64,000 nucleotides of DNA from Tubulanus polymorphus (GCF_964204645.1 NC_134027.1:6418485-6482484), one strand, 5' to 3'; positions 1-13,918 are shown, numbered from the stretch's first letter. Made by a program: numbers and translations. The notes: generated from the letters alone by a model not told the origin.

Positions 1-1266
1 TAGAGTAGAAGTAGCAACTAGTAATCTCAAACGACTGTACAAGTTATTCATACATGTAGATCTCAAAATGCTTCCTGTTCTTCTGGTGTAACTTCAGCTC
101 AAATGTAAATTTTGAAATCTCAAGCGACTCTAAGTACAAGTATATATTAGGGATGGCTATGATGCTTTGAGGTCTTCTTTCAGGTCACTATGTCCACCTT
201 TTGTGAATCTCAGGTAGCTAAAATGTTGACGAGACTTTATTTGCTGGATATATGTTGGCGCACAGCAGGCACATGGTAAATTTGTAAAATTTCTACATTT
301 TCTACTTTTTAATCCGGATCAGTTAAGACAAGCCCGTTCAGTTACCTATACACATTTGTAACGGTGGACCATAAATAATTGGATTGTACTGATCCGGATC
401 AAGTTGGTTCGGCTGTAGTAATGCATTTTATCATGAGAGAAGAACTTCGATCATTCTGTCTCGATAGTGTAATTATACTGAAGCAATATAAACACTATGA
501 ATTTGAAATCTTTTGTTTCTTATCATTTGATGGATAACAGTGTTGGAACTCTACCAGATGGGTATACGAAGAATCCATAAAGTACATTCACATCTTCAAG
601 GGAACAGTGAATACATGTATGCAAAAAAATACCACAGTAAATCGATACATAACATTAGGACATGTAGGTGAACTACTTTATGGATTATGCCCAGGCAGAA
701 CTATGATCTTTTATCTATTACTCTGAATAGATCGCTGTAGGTACTAATGGGTATCAAGCAGTACACCATGGAAAATGTTGCACAACATCGATCTGTGGAT
801 TAATGAAATCAGCTGTCAGGAGATTACAGTCTACAACTAGCATGTATGGAATCAGATACATGTATATATGCCGAACAAAGAAGAGAGGTTGCTGCGATGT
901 CCTCAAGTGGATGTAGTCCTTAATGAAATAATATTTCCTCAAACTGTCAGTAGAAAAGAGACATAAAATGTACAGAAGAAATGTAATACAATATATTTTT
1001 CAACAGTGTTTTCAAAACATTATTTGAGAACAGATGAAAAATCTCTGTCGGCGTTCATTTTACGAAAAATCCTCACACAATTACTGTTAACACATGAACT
1101 GTGAGTAGAAGCTTATCATGGCCCAGATTTCTTTTTCGAATTATACACCAAGCTTTAATTTATAATTGATAAACGTTTGTCACGTGCATTGTTGTTCTTA
1201 ATGTTTCAGCTAGGAATAATGAATACAAATACAAAAACACTTTCAAACGCAAGATTAGATGCTCCT

Positions 1267-3489
1267 TCATATGTTAATGACTCGACTCAATTTCTGAATT
1301 CTGTTCAGTAAAATGTCTCCTTGTTTTATAGTTGCCTGAAATACACAAGAGAGTTCATACATGAAAACTAATAATTCCTTGATAGCTAAACATTTGAATC
1401 TAGTCACTGAAATACTTTAATCTACTTGAAAATTCAGTTCTCGATAATGATTACCGTACCTGATATTGGTAATTTTTACTATCTGGTCGATTAGTTTCTA
1501 CGATTCCTCCAACTTTATCTATTTTACAATGAAGCCTGCCGGCAGCGATGAACCGTGATAATTCTCTACAATTCATAATACAAAATGATTACTCTGGAGA
1601 AAACTCAATGCAAAGATATTGCTTTAAGATATTCGCTTTATCAGATTTAATTACAAATTTTCAGTATGAAGAATGAAGTACAGCAATACTTACTGGTCTA
1701 TGAATTTGATTGACACACCAAATGCATTAGCCATGTACTGTAGAGTAAGACTACTGTATGATTCTAGTAGCTGGGTATAGGCCAAGATTCTCATTTCGCG
1801 AATGTAATATCGATAGTGCAGATGTAACACTCGATCATGCTTCAGTAGACTCTCGATATGACCTAAAACATAAACACAACGATAGGATTGGAAGAGGATT
1901 GTGTAGCCATTCATAAAATCGATTGACTTCATGTATCTTAAAAGAAAGTTTCTGAAGTGGTTTTTGGACCCTTACTTAAACTTTTGAAGAATTCTGCATA
2001 TTGACAGTTGTACAGAGAAAATAGATACGTTCTGATTTCTGGCAAACTGTGCAAAACCTCAAGAATCTCTGATCCTTTCACAACCTGAATGAAAGAAGAG
2101 TTCATCATTTTTAAGCGGAGAAGGTAAAACTTTGACTGTAAATACCTTAATTCAACATGATTTGTGCAACATTTATGAATTTGGACTTACCCTTTCTCGT
2201 AAATCATTCCTGTCTAATGATATCATACTACATAGAACTGTATATGTGACGAAATCTGTATATTCCATTAATTCGTATGATGTGAAGGTTGCCACTGTAT
2301 CCAGAAACAGGTTCGCTGCTGTTTTAAAGTCTCTGTTAGCCATGCAGTATACTCCGCGGTATACTTTCAATCGGTTCCTTCGATCCCAGTCACCACCTTC
2401 ATCGATCAAACTGTAAAAACAGACAAAAAATATGCCTCAAACTACTGCTAAACAGGGGTCGAGGATGCACACAGGAATTTTTCCTATTCCTAGATTCCTA
2501 GATGGAAGATTTATGCAGATTCTTAATCTATCTTCAGAATGAATCTAGAGTCTATTTAGTAAATTTCAAAATAAATTTGGCAAAACATCTATGATGGATT
2601 GCAGGTAAGAGGGGAAATGGAGATATCAGTTACTAGGCATACCATTGCCCTAAAGCAAACTGACCTCTGAGCTTTTTCCAGGTTCCTGTTGATCAAATCT
2701 TTGTCCATGTAAAATAAACCCATTCGTATTTGATGGAATACCATATCCAGGCGATATCCTAGAGTCGTCGTTTTTTCACCGGTCTTTCGGAATTGTGACA
2801 ATGCTCCTTCCTAAAAATCCAAGCGATAACCCCTAAATTGTATCGAATTTTGTTGAATATAAATCTGTTTTGACTCACTCAGAAAATCCCTTACTCTCCT
2901 CTAAATGCTGTCGTCAACTTACCTTATCCCCAATCTTACACAAATATTCGCCTTTCTTCAACATGAAATCGCGAACTTCCGTTTCACCCATGTTTTTCTC
3001 AGCGTCTTCTTGTTGTTCATCAATTTTTTTCAGTTCTTCCTCGTTTGCCTTCTGCATCGACGCCAACAGTTTCTCATCGAGTTTCCAGCTGAGATCTTTA
3101 CATACCTCAGTGTAGAATGGCGCCATATCTACAGAAGAAAGGATGTACCGGTATATGTACACATTGTTTGTTGGCTATGAATAATCCTGCCAAGTTCAGT
3201 ATTTTTGTTTAAAAAAAATATCAACTATTGGTCATTCGAACAGTAATTAGGTAATTAGGCCTGACACAGTCAGTGTGCCCAAGTCGATGACAATGCAAAT
3301 TTGACAAACACTTCTCAGAATCAGAGGTGATACTTTTTACTTACTGTCCGTTTTCATCGCTTCGAGTAAGTCATTTTTAATCTGTTTATCATTTCTAAAT
3401 TTGTCTGTGGTTAACAACCATTTCCAGGTAGCAAGCTGTAAGTTGGGATTCTTCTCCAAGCCTTGCTCTTCGAGGTTTTCAACCGGCAT
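1267..3489 (-). CDS. PSMD6: 26S proteasome non-ATPase regulatory subunit 6 (Rpn7), multi-exon
   Basis: Exon peptides [76 protein letters not shown] and C-terminal [20 protein letters not shown] match Rpn7/PSMD6. Introns are GT-AG. Confidence 0.97.
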
Positions 3490-4564
3490 TTTGTGATAAT
3501 CTTGATCGGAATATACAGAACTTACAGCGGTTACGAAGAGACTTCCTGTTCTGTGTGGAGTACCAGAATAATGGGTAGCTCCGAGAATATCCAAGTGTAT
3601 GGACGCGCTGTAGTGTTTCGGACCCATACCGCGCTGGAGGGGACATGCCAGTTGCAGTTGACAGTTGCTAAATCATATTCTCTTAATGTCACATAGTGCC
3701 TGGGAATTGTATGAAAAATGTTCTGAAATTTTTCAAAAAATCCCAGGCCCTTCGGTATCGATTTGCCCACCGCGACCTATTTCTTTGGTACATGCCGATG
3801 ATAGCTACGATCCTTACCCACTTTTCGGGGCCCTGTTAAGATCTTTATCATTTTACCCATACGAGTTTATTCGAATAAATAATATCATTTATTCGTAGAA
3901 AACTCATGGTAGAAACAACGATAAAATAAACAAAGCAGAGCCACAAAATAAAATGATTAAGCTGACCACCTGGCCTGAAATGCTCAGAAGTCAAAAGTTG
4001 AAATAGACAGTACCGTACCGCCGGGCTGCATACGCGAAGAACGCCTCAAGTTTATCAATCATCTTCATTTTCCCCCAAAAAATCAATCATACAATAATCG
4101 GGTTTTTTTCTTATGGATGTTACGGGGCACTCGATGTAATTCATCCAGTATTTGAAATCAGAAAGGTTATCCTTTCTCGCATCGAATTTTAACTATACTA
4201 TGTATTGTTTTGAAATCGAAGCCGTTCGGTCAAAAGGACGGCCTACATCGACTGGCCCGCAGTACCAGGGGGAATCCTAACTAATAGTACCTATATTGGG
4301 GTCAAAAACTTATTATGTCGGGCCCCTGTGAGCTCAAGAAAACATTTTCGGACTTAACGTTATTTTCTCGTTATTATTGTGGGATTTTCTACATATGGCC
4401 ACAACATGGGACGAGAAATTAATCGTCGAGAAAAAGTCTCCTCAAAATCTGATCACCCGACGCGGCCGCGATCAATGATTTTGATATAGTCCTGCTTTTT
4501 TGTATTTGTTGATGATACATCTTTAATTGTCTCGAGACTCAATAAAGTATCGTATATTGTATCT

Positions 4565-4720
4565 TAGGGACTAAATTACGTAACACATTTTTTGGGAAAT
4601 TTAGACGCCCCTCCCCCTTGTAACAGCTTGTAACAAATGTTGTCAAACCCCCCTAAATATTATGTAAGAAAATGAAATACCCCCCCCCCCCATATAGGCC
4701 TAATTATTCATTTAAAGTTC
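4565..4720. repeat. Probable degenerate MITE fragment
   Basis: TAGGGAC..AAATTACGTAACA start followed by C-runs and repeated GTAACA motifs resembles a common invertebrate MITE end. No second TIR was confirmed. Confidence 0.3.
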
Positions 4721-5366
4721 ATGTTGCCCTCAGTGGTCAAGACTCTGTGTTGTTGAAAATAAGTTATTGTCAGAAAGTTTAAGTTCAATATAGTTCAGCT
4801 AGTCCTGTCGTCTCCGCCCCTGACGGCCCCTCAGATCGCCAAAATTGGGACAGCCAACACGATGGGAGCAAAAGCAACGTGGGTGGGTCCATATCATTCC
4901 TGTTGAACACTGTTCATGATGGCTCAGTTTGAACGCTAACTCGTGGTAGAATTTTGTCCAGGCTTCCAGTTCATTGGGACTGACAGTCACCGGTTACAAT
5001 GAGGAAATCTGGATTTGAAGTCATATTCTTGTCTATGTTAATGAACTTCAACAAATGGACTCCAAATATGTTCGACGTATCAGCCCAAAATCCGAATTGA
5101 GCCGATCTGGATTATGTTTGCAGTACGTATGCAGCACATCGGCTTCGCGGAAACGAGTGATACTTTCGACGGCAAATTTTTCATCGCGCGTGGCACCATG
5201 CCGGCATTACGACGTACAACGAACTGGCAATTTCCCCGAAAAATGATTTTTGGAATTCTACAAACACGGCTATTAAACGTAACATACACATTTACTATCA
5301 AATCGGAATTACAAACTAGAAAATTATATGATTATAACATTATTAATCAAATTACCGAAAAAAAAT

Positions 5367-7177
5367 TCAATCATCCGCAACTTGCTCCTGCTGCTGATGA
5401 GATGGTTGCCACAGTGGCATCTGCTCAAGGTCATTTCTCAAAATTGTCCTCTTCTCGTCAATTCGCTGCTTTGTCTTAGTTAAAGCTTCATTTTCGTATG
5501 TCAATATTTCGCTGAGATGTAGAAAACGAAACAATTCGATTTTGAGCTTACTCATCTTTCGCAGTGGTTAGTATACCGGCAAAGGTTATTATTCATTTTT
5601 ATAGAATAGGAATAAGAAATCAATATTCAAGATGATTTCATGACTTACAGAACAAGATGCTGTAACTGAGGCGGTAACGCGTGTACTCGATATTTTGCAG
5701 ACTCCTCCAGTTTGATTTGTCCAAGTAGACTTTCAAGTTGGACAATTTGATTCCCGTTCATCATATCTAGAAAATTTAATCATTCTCATACAAACTATTT
5801 TGTTTGTAAATGATTGTACCGAATGGATTACAAATTTACCTTCGCCATCAAAGTTTTGTGAGATTGTTTCAACCTTGTCCAGTTCATTTTCTAAACATTC
5901 ATTTGTCTGCATAAAGAATGAAATATGAATAAGATATAGACCCAAAACTAGATATCAGAGGTTCTAATTCAGCAGCAATTATTTACTTACATAGAATTGT
6001 TTAGCTTCTAATAACTGCATTGCCATTTTGTCGCATCCTTTCTCGAATTCTTTCCTGCAGATAAATGCAAAACACGATTAAACAATAATGATACCTTATT
6101 TGTTTCTCTTCAGCCGGGTAAATTTGGTAAACTTTAATGAAATTTGTTGTAATACTACCGGGTAATGTTAAAAGCTTGATCATGATTTTAAAAGGGTAAT
6201 GCAGTATATAGATGACCGTAGTAAACGTAACAGCTCAGCAGAAATGAGAAACTAGGTACAGTATGAATTTGTTACCCTAACTACCTAGGTAGTCTATTCA
6301 CATGAATTATTTCACAATCTTACAAACCGAGATTGTTCTTTGCGGATCCGCTCTTCTTCGATTTGAGTGTTCAAACTCTCAACTGCATTCCTCTTTTGTT
6401 GAATTGTCTCTTCTGCACTAAAAATCAAGAATTGAACTGAAATTCTACATTCAGCATTTCACAATGGAATGTCTCAAAATAAGCATCATATTAACGATTT
6501 AAAGCATTTACTTTGTGATTTGCTTTTGAATCTGGTCTACTTTATGGTGAGCAACTTTCAACATCTCTGAAAAATTTAATTGCGTTCAAATTTTAATTTC
6601 CTAGTATTACGAATTATTCCTATTAATATCAAACATTAATTCTCTTTATTTGAATAGAAAGAACTAAGATTAAAACCTTCTAACTTTGTATTGATGTCAC
6701 TACTTTGTTGAAACTTCGCTAGGGCTGTAAAATATAATAGACCTATTTTTTGTAATCCGCATACGTATACATTATAGCTTTCAAATTGATGTATTGTTAA
6801 AAAGATTCTCACCGTGCTCATTTTCACTTTCTAGGTCCCTTCTCTTTTGACGAACACTATTCAATTTTTGTTCTAAAGAAGACCTCTCTGGAAAGAAATT
6901 AAGATAAATGGCGAAAAAAATGTGACGCCCGGTATGGGACTCGAACCCAGGACCCTCAGGTTAAAAGCCTGATGCTCTACCGACTGAGCTAACCGGGCAA
7001 CTGAATTTTTATGCCTTAAATATATTACTTCAACCACGATTGTAACACCAGACACCATTATAGCAGATTTGGTGATGCAGACGGGAAAATACCAAGCAAA
7101 CGTACGTAAAACTCACCGTTTTGTAATTCTTTCACGCTATTGAAAATAACATCAACTTTAAAGCTGTTTGGGTCCAT
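5367..7177 (-). CDS. SYCE1: Synaptonemal complex central element protein 1-like coiled-coil protein (about 9 short exons)
   Basis: Hand-spliced exons give MDPNSFKVDVIFNSVKELQN-ERSSLEQKLNSVRQKRRDLESENEH-ALAKFQQSSDINTKLE-EMLKVAHHKVDQIQKQIT-..AEETIQQKRNAVESLNTQIEEERIRKEQSR-KEFEKGCDKMAMQLLEAKQFY-TNECLENELDKV...EILTYENEALTKTKQRIDEKRTILRNDLEQ. This is colinear with recalled mammalian SYCE1 (RVEVLINRINEVQQ, ISALNLQIEEEKNK, FEEQLEDLM..WDFH). Confidence 0.7.
6914..6920 (-). terminator. RNA polymerase III oligo-T terminator of the tRNA-Lys
   Basis: T7 run on the minus strand 5 nt after the tRNA 3' end. Confidence 0.8.
6926..6998 (-). tRNA. tRNA-Lys (anticodon UUU)
   Basis: Reverse complement is GCCCGGTTAGCTCAGTCGGTAGAGCATCAGGCTTTTAACCTGAGGGTCCTGGGTTCGAGTCCCATACCGGGCG, a 73-nt cloverleaf with A and B boxes. 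Confidence 0.93.
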
Positions 7178-7762
7178 TCTACCTAACTATATAAATAATA
7201 CTACAATATACGACGAAACGATTAATGGAACAAATGTTGGCGACTCATTCAGTGAGTGATAGATATTCTCGTTCATCTTTCTTACAAATTTATTTCGCCC
7301 TATCCAGAGTGGAATGAATGAGCTTGGTCTCTGATGTGCTTTATCAGCTTTATCAGAATAAAAACAGAAGCTGGAAGACGATGAACATCGATTATCAGTT
7401 TGAATTTTTCGCGCGGCTGCAGTCTCCCTCCGCTCCGGGCCTGAGCTGAGTTGAGACCATGGGTTGTGGACCGAAAAACGTAACTGAAACATATACAAAT
7501 TTTATGAAACACCAAAATAAGATTGCGTTACGATCAAATATATTTGTAAAATTACTCGTGAACTTTATTCATTTATGTGAAATCATTTTCGAATAATGGG
7601 ATTCGAACTGTGACATGATGCACAACCTAACTATACCGGCTATGATCTATTCCCCACCCCCTACCAGTTTGACAGCTTCCTGAAAATCATAATAAATAGT
7701 CAGATTTTCAGCGTTAATTAGTGTCATAGCTGCCTATTTGCAGCTGGTCGTAATTGGTCATA

Positions 7763-10420
7763 ATGCCAGGAATAGAAAGGTTACACCTGGAAGAGGCTCT
7801 GGAGGACAGTCCGCAGGTGAGAAGAAAATAATAGAATTGTACACAAGTCAACACACCCTACTAGTTTTAGTAACCTAACCTAGTCCTACTAATCGTTGGT
7901 GGTAAGCTTTTTATAATCGGATGAGTTTGTGAAAATATCCGATCGTGAAACTAAGCCACAGACAGGTTACTGACTAAACACACCCCACCCCTTATCTCCT
8001 GCCCCACCTACCACCACCACCAAAAAAACAAAAATCTGTAATCATTTCAATTAAATTTGAATCGAATCATCACACATTTTTTATATTTTATGGTAATTGT
8101 CTTTTCTACCAGACAAGAAGTCTGCTTGGGGTCTTTGAAAATGATGCTGATATTCTGGGCAAATACGCAAAAAGCTTTCATCAGTGTTGTGATAGGATAC
8201 ATCGAGCTCAGGTTAGTTAGGTCCAACTCAACAATGGAAATGCTACTGCAGCGATGCTATAAGCCTGAATCCTCCAGGTTTGCTAGTGTACAGGTCAACG
8301 CTGATTTTTCTTCTAGGCTTTAGCTCTATTTAAAATCTAACGATGTTTTTTTTCAAATTCTATGTAAGCTTATGATCATATGAAACATGCAAAATAATAT
8401 GAACTCTTAACTTCAACTTAATGCATAATTTGCCTGATTTTTTGATTGAAACGTTAATTGAAACATTAATTGAAAATGAACCAATTGGAGGATCAAGTGG
8501 TGCCATCTGAATGGATAGTGGTATGCCATTGTACCTGAAACTTTTATAAGATAAATGTTAAAAATCCATTCCAAATAGAAATTGTATTTATGGTATTATT
8601 TGATATTTTGTTATAGAGTGAATTAAGTGCTGCTACTCAAGCACTCTCACAGTTGTTAAAAAATTATGAAAAACAGGTAAGTTACTTACAGTCAAAATCA
8701 GTGGGCTTTTGAAAGGCATCGTTTCTTCCTATGTTTAGTTGTTTGGTATTAAAATTTCAGAGATTTCCACTGGAATCCGACGATAGCATTCTAACATCCA
8801 CCATCATGCAGTTCTCAACATACTTAGATGAGGTGAGTAGCATGTTTGGTGGAAAATTAGAAATTGAATAATTATTTCACTTCATGCATATATTTTCAGA
8901 TAAGTTCTATGCAGCAAGTTTTAGCGACACAGTTAGCGGACAGTATGATGTACCCCGTTACCCGATTTCTACACGCGGATCTGGATGGTATGAATGACAC
9001 CGCCGTTTAAACCTTACGTGTTCAAATATAACTTTGCCTTTAAATCTTCGGATACTTTTCAGAAATACAAACCATGGGAGAAATGTTTCAGGTTTCTACA
9101 CAAGGTAAAAATGAATCTTTGGCTAGGCCATATAAGGTCTTAATTAAAAATGTGAGCAAATTCAGACAATGCCACTGATGGTGGGAATGACTGGTCATTG
9201 ATTGCGTTCGTATTTACAGAACACGAACAAGCAGTCGCTAAATATATGAAAATACCAAGAAAACGTGACAATGAAAAACAGAGATTCGAAGGAAATGAGG
9301 AACTGTATGTAATGAAGAAGAAATTTCATCAGGTGCAGTTTTGAAAATACATGTAATGCTGAAAATCTTTTTCATGTATGACACTTAATTGATTGTAATC
9401 TTTGTTACTTCTACTTATAGACAGCGCTGCATTATTACTCATCACTCAACGCAATCCAGTATAAACGGAAATATGCATTCCTCGAACCATTGTTAGGATA
9501 CATGCATGCGCATCGTTCATTTTTCCAGTTGTGCAATGAGGCGATCGTGCGACCTGAGACTGAAGAAATGTTAAGCAATATTAGTGCTAGTGTACAAGGG
9601 TAAGTCGATTTTAAGCCATCTCATTTCATACCTGACACCGTTCTGACGTTCATCGTTACTGTCGTAGTTATCTATTGAATGTATTTATTCAGTGTACATC
9701 AAGAAATGAATCAAGAAATTGAACGTTCTGTCGAGTTTATGAACACTTTAGAGCACCAATGCAATCATCTTTATTATGCTGAACCAGTCGGAGATATGCC
9801 ATATATTCCACCTAACTTGAATTTAACACAGAAAGCTGGATATTTGTTCATGAGAAGGTAATCGTATTATAACATACTTTAGTCTATGTTAATAGATGAA
9901 TCCCATATAACAATCTTTCCTAACATTTTTTCACAGTAAAACTGCCTTGTTTGCCAGTAGCTGGGATCGGTCATATTTTTTCATACAAGGTGGCAATCTT
10001 ATGAGTCAGAGCAAGGCTGAGGTATTCGTATTCCTCGTTTGTGATATGTGAAATAAAATGGCTTTTTTGGAGAGAACTGAACCTTAAGACATGCTTTAAG
10101 TGTAATATGGAGCCTAGCCTATGTAGCCTGGTGTCAATTGCTTAGTCATCTACTTTATCTACTTAATATTCAGTTCATCTTATTATCTTTTCATCCGTTT
10201 AACAGGTAGCTGGTGGGCTAGTGTTGGATTTAAATGAAGAAGGTTTACACGCGGAACCTGCTGATGCAGATGATAGAAGATTCATCTTTCATATTGTAGC
10301 CCCGTCTACGAAAAAGTGAGTGAACCACATTTAAACAATCAGGTTTAAGGTGAAATTTGATAAAGAACCGCAGAACTGGATGCTTATGTACCGCTCTAAC
10401 ACAGGGATGGGGGCTAAGAC

Positions 10421-10451
<31 letters not shown>

Positions 10452-13400
10452 TTTACAAACATACTTTTCAGGACTGTGATATTACAAGCTGAAAATGAGA
10501 GAGAACGTGATGAGGTAACGTGGATACAAATTTGTCATTAGCTTTTCTCTTCCATACATTCGAAGTTCCTGATAAAAATGACTTACCGATATATCGCTTG
10601 ATTCAAATTTGTTTTCTTGCAATTTTTTCTATGTCAGTGGATAGCCACGGTGAACAATATTGTTAAAGAGGGAGGATATGTGAAGGATAAAGTTTTGCAG
10701 CCGGTAAAGAAAAGAGTGGCTAGTGTGTCGTCAAAACCAAAACATGACTCGCCAAACGAGGCATCTAGAAGACGTCCACATTCTATTACGTAAGTGGAGA
10801 TTATGAATTGAATAATGATCTGTATGGAAAATCAGAATGGCAATAATATTATGAATTTGTTTAATTTCAGTGGAATTCAGCAATCACATTCTAGTCCCAC
10901 TTCTCCAGACCGGTCACCTGTTGATAATTTTCTATACGGCACTCCGATACAGTTTGATATGATATCACCGAGCGACGAAGGAAAGTCTCTAAATCCTAAG
11001 GAGGGTCCACCTAGGTATGTAACTCGACTTTATAACTCATGTTTTAATGGCAAAACTAATCCAACACAGCTCGAAAGGTTGAAAGGTCAATAATCTGCTA
11101 ATAACTGAATCTACTTCACTGTACATTTTAGCAAGTTTTGATCACGGTTAAATTATTCCCTAAATCTATTTCAATGTACATTAAGCAAGTTAATGATCAT
11201 GATTTAATTATTCCATAGAAGAATTAACCCATTTGATCAGTCGTCCGATGCACTGGCAGAAGAAGGGTCGGAAGAAAAAGAAGCTGCATACTGCCAGACA
11301 TATGTAGTCCGATTTTTGGGTTCAATGGAAGTGGCGGGTGACCGGGGTAAGTATCAGTTAAGTTTCAATATTGAAATAGGTTTCAACATTACGATGTCTT
11401 TATTTGCCATGTCGTACTTTGCAGGTGAAGCACTTGTACACGAGACGATTAGACAGATAATGGCTGCTCGAGCGATTCATAATATATTCAAAATGATGGA
11501 GTCGCATTTGGTTATTACCAATAAGAGTCTAAAACTGTTGGATCCAGCTAATAAGAATGTACGTACAGAATTTGCTTTGGAGGATATTTCTTACTGGTGC
11601 GCTCATAATGAGAACAAGAGGTTTGTAAAGCAAATTTTTGTTTTCATTTGATTCCCTCAGAAGTTCCTGTATATGGAATTCTGTTTGCATGACAACAATA
11701 TTTTGCAGGTTATTTGCCTTCATCACGAGGAACAAAGCAGGTGGTGGAGAACAACCAACTTTTGCGTGTCACGTGTTTGAATGTAATGCAACTGGTGAAG
11801 AGGTCAGTTGTTCTCACATTATTCAAATAGAGATAAATTTGCACCCAGTTTCACAGTTCTGATGAGTTCACATTTGCCTCATTGAAAAATGAACTGATTT
11901 TAACCCGAAGTTTACTGTAATTTACATCTGTGGAACTGGATCCTCGATATAACAAGCTATCGATAAAAACAGATGTATTTACTCGGACACAAGCCCAATC
12001 TATACATATTTTTTCTATATTTTAGATTTGTCAGTCAATAAGTGGCGCTACTAAAGTTGCTTTCCATTCATTAATGGTGAGTACCATAATGATTTTATCA
12101 TCACTTCAGCAACTTTGTGTTATTGCCATTAAGATATGATAGATATCCAATACCACTACTTACATGCACTTCTCTCTCTTTTGCTGTTTTTTAAAAGCCT
12201 AAATTCAACTGCATTTTTACTATTTTTAATTTTTTTTTCATACTTGAATTCTAGCAAACATTACAAGTTTCAGGTACTAAACACGTTTTCATTGTATACT
12301 TCAATACTCATTCTATGTCTTCGGGGACTCTCTTCCTTAATGTATATTGTAATTTGGATGGAGAAATTATTACTTACCGGTAGTTGCCAAATGTGCAGTG
12401 GACTATTTTTATTTTTGACACGGTGTTGGCTGCAGCCTATTGCTTTTATTTGTTCATTATTTCATGCACCAAGTTACTTCACAAAGTAAGCAAGGTGGAG
12501 GAAAGCTGGACTATTAAGTAATATTTTGTCATGAAGGGACAGCTTCAAATGAATTAAGATACTACACTAAAATATCATGTGACTGGCTCCCACTTATTTT
12601 CACTGTACATTCAGTTTTCTATCTAAATAATTGCGCGCTATTTGAAACCTTATGGGAAAAGGTTTTGACTCCCGCTTAATGTGATCACCATCATATTCAC
12701 ATATTTATATCGTTAATATTGAGAAATAAAACCCGAAACTATTTACAATGTATATTCATTTAAAACATATACAGATAACACTACGCTGTTTATCTAATCA
12801 ATTTGCTTTTGATTTGATAATTCGCATATAACTCGTACATATGTGCATGAGTAACTAATAATGGGGTAGAAATTATTCATTTATAGAAATATTTCTTACT
12901 GTATATGTCTTTCTGGATGGAATTTTCAGTCAATTATTCTTTGCATCCAGTATCATTGTTTGTGTTTTGGTAAAGTTTGTTACATCAATAACAATGCTGG
13001 TCTTTACATGATACATACATTAACTTTCTACATATCTTTGTAATGTAAAATCACCATAGTTTCCATTCAATCCTGTTGTCCGTGCCGTGATGCAGGATAA
13101 CAGCAAAGCTCATTCTTCTTTGCATGTTTTCAGTTCATAAACTAGTCTTTCTATAGAATGAATCGTTTTAGGTTGAAGTTCATTTCAGTTTTTACCAAGG
13201 GTTTATTTCAAATTTCAAACAGTCCAACCGCCGCAATTATATTTTGAATGAAAATGTTAAGGCCTTATCTGATCTGAACTAAGTGGAATGGAAGAAAGTA
13301 TATCCATATATATTGACTACAATGCATGCAATATCGTTTTCTGCCAACATGCAAAAAATGAAAATTATCTCACTTTTAGTTCTCTAATGAAGTTATGAAT

Positions 13401-13918
13401 GTTGTTTTGTTTGTAAAAGCATGCGATAGATTGCATTTTTGATGATGTTTTCAATTGTGTTAATGTATGTATTTCAGGAGAGAAGGTCAAAGCAAAAGAT
13501 GAAGGTACAGGAGAAGGTAGGTGTCTATAGATTTATGAAATATACATTCCGTCTTGATAACTTTCCTTTTACACCACAGCTATGCTTATTTAGATGTGAT
13601 TGTGAGTAATTACTTTTTATAAATATTTCAAAAAGGAAACAATGTTTCCGTGAGACTCGGTATCTAGTACTGAAAACAACAACAGAAATTGTGTAACTTC
13701 CAATGATTACGTTTTCCTATATTGTAATCTTGTAGGAGCTACTTCTAGCTAATATCAACAGTCTCGAGGACCGACTTGATGAGGAGGATGAAGCGTCTTC
13801 TTTACAGCTGAGCCCAGATGGGAAATTCCTAGTTCTAGATGATAAAGTTGATTCAACTACTGAGGATGAACTGCTTGACAATACCAATGGGCGTTTGCGT
13901 TGTGAATCTGAAGCTTGA
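7763..13918 (+). CDS. APPL1: DCC-interacting protein 13 / APPL adaptor (BAR-PH-PTB), multi-exon
   Basis: N-terminus MPGIERLHLEEALEDSPQ|TRSLLGVFE, PH entry NLTQKAGYLFMR, internal GTPIQFDMISP, PTB YVVRFLGSMEV..VHETIRQIMAARAIHNIFKMMESHL, and C-terminal ESEA*, as in APPL1/2. Confidence 0.95.
10421..10450 (+). repeat. (TGA)n microsatellite in an APPL intron
   Basis: About 10 consecutive TGA units just upstream of an acceptor site. Confidence 0.9.
11846..11939. repeat. Short inverted-repeat (MITE-like) remnant in an APPL intron
   Basis: CCAGTTTCACAG ... CTGTGGAACTGG imperfect terminal inverted repeats about 90 bp apart. Confidence 0.35.

Noticed and set aside
3490-3627. In-frame N-terminal extension of PSMD6 (MGPKHYS...)
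   Set aside because: The conserved protein starts at MPVENLEE in a good AAAATG context, and the extension resembles nothing I recognise.
10350-10541. Poly-Asp ORF within APPL1
   Set aside because: It is an intronic (TGA)n tract that happens to be in frame with the next exon; the acceptor TTTCAG lies after it.
11857-11900. CTGATGAG...GAAA hammerhead-like core
   Set aside because: Stem II cannot close before GAAA and no stem I/III pairing was found. The CTGATGA hits near 38641, 42488 and 50365 fail in the same way.
12136-12489. 117-aa hydrophobic ORF in an APPL1 intron
   Set aside because: T-rich low-complexity intron sequence with no recognisable motif or convincing exon boundaries.
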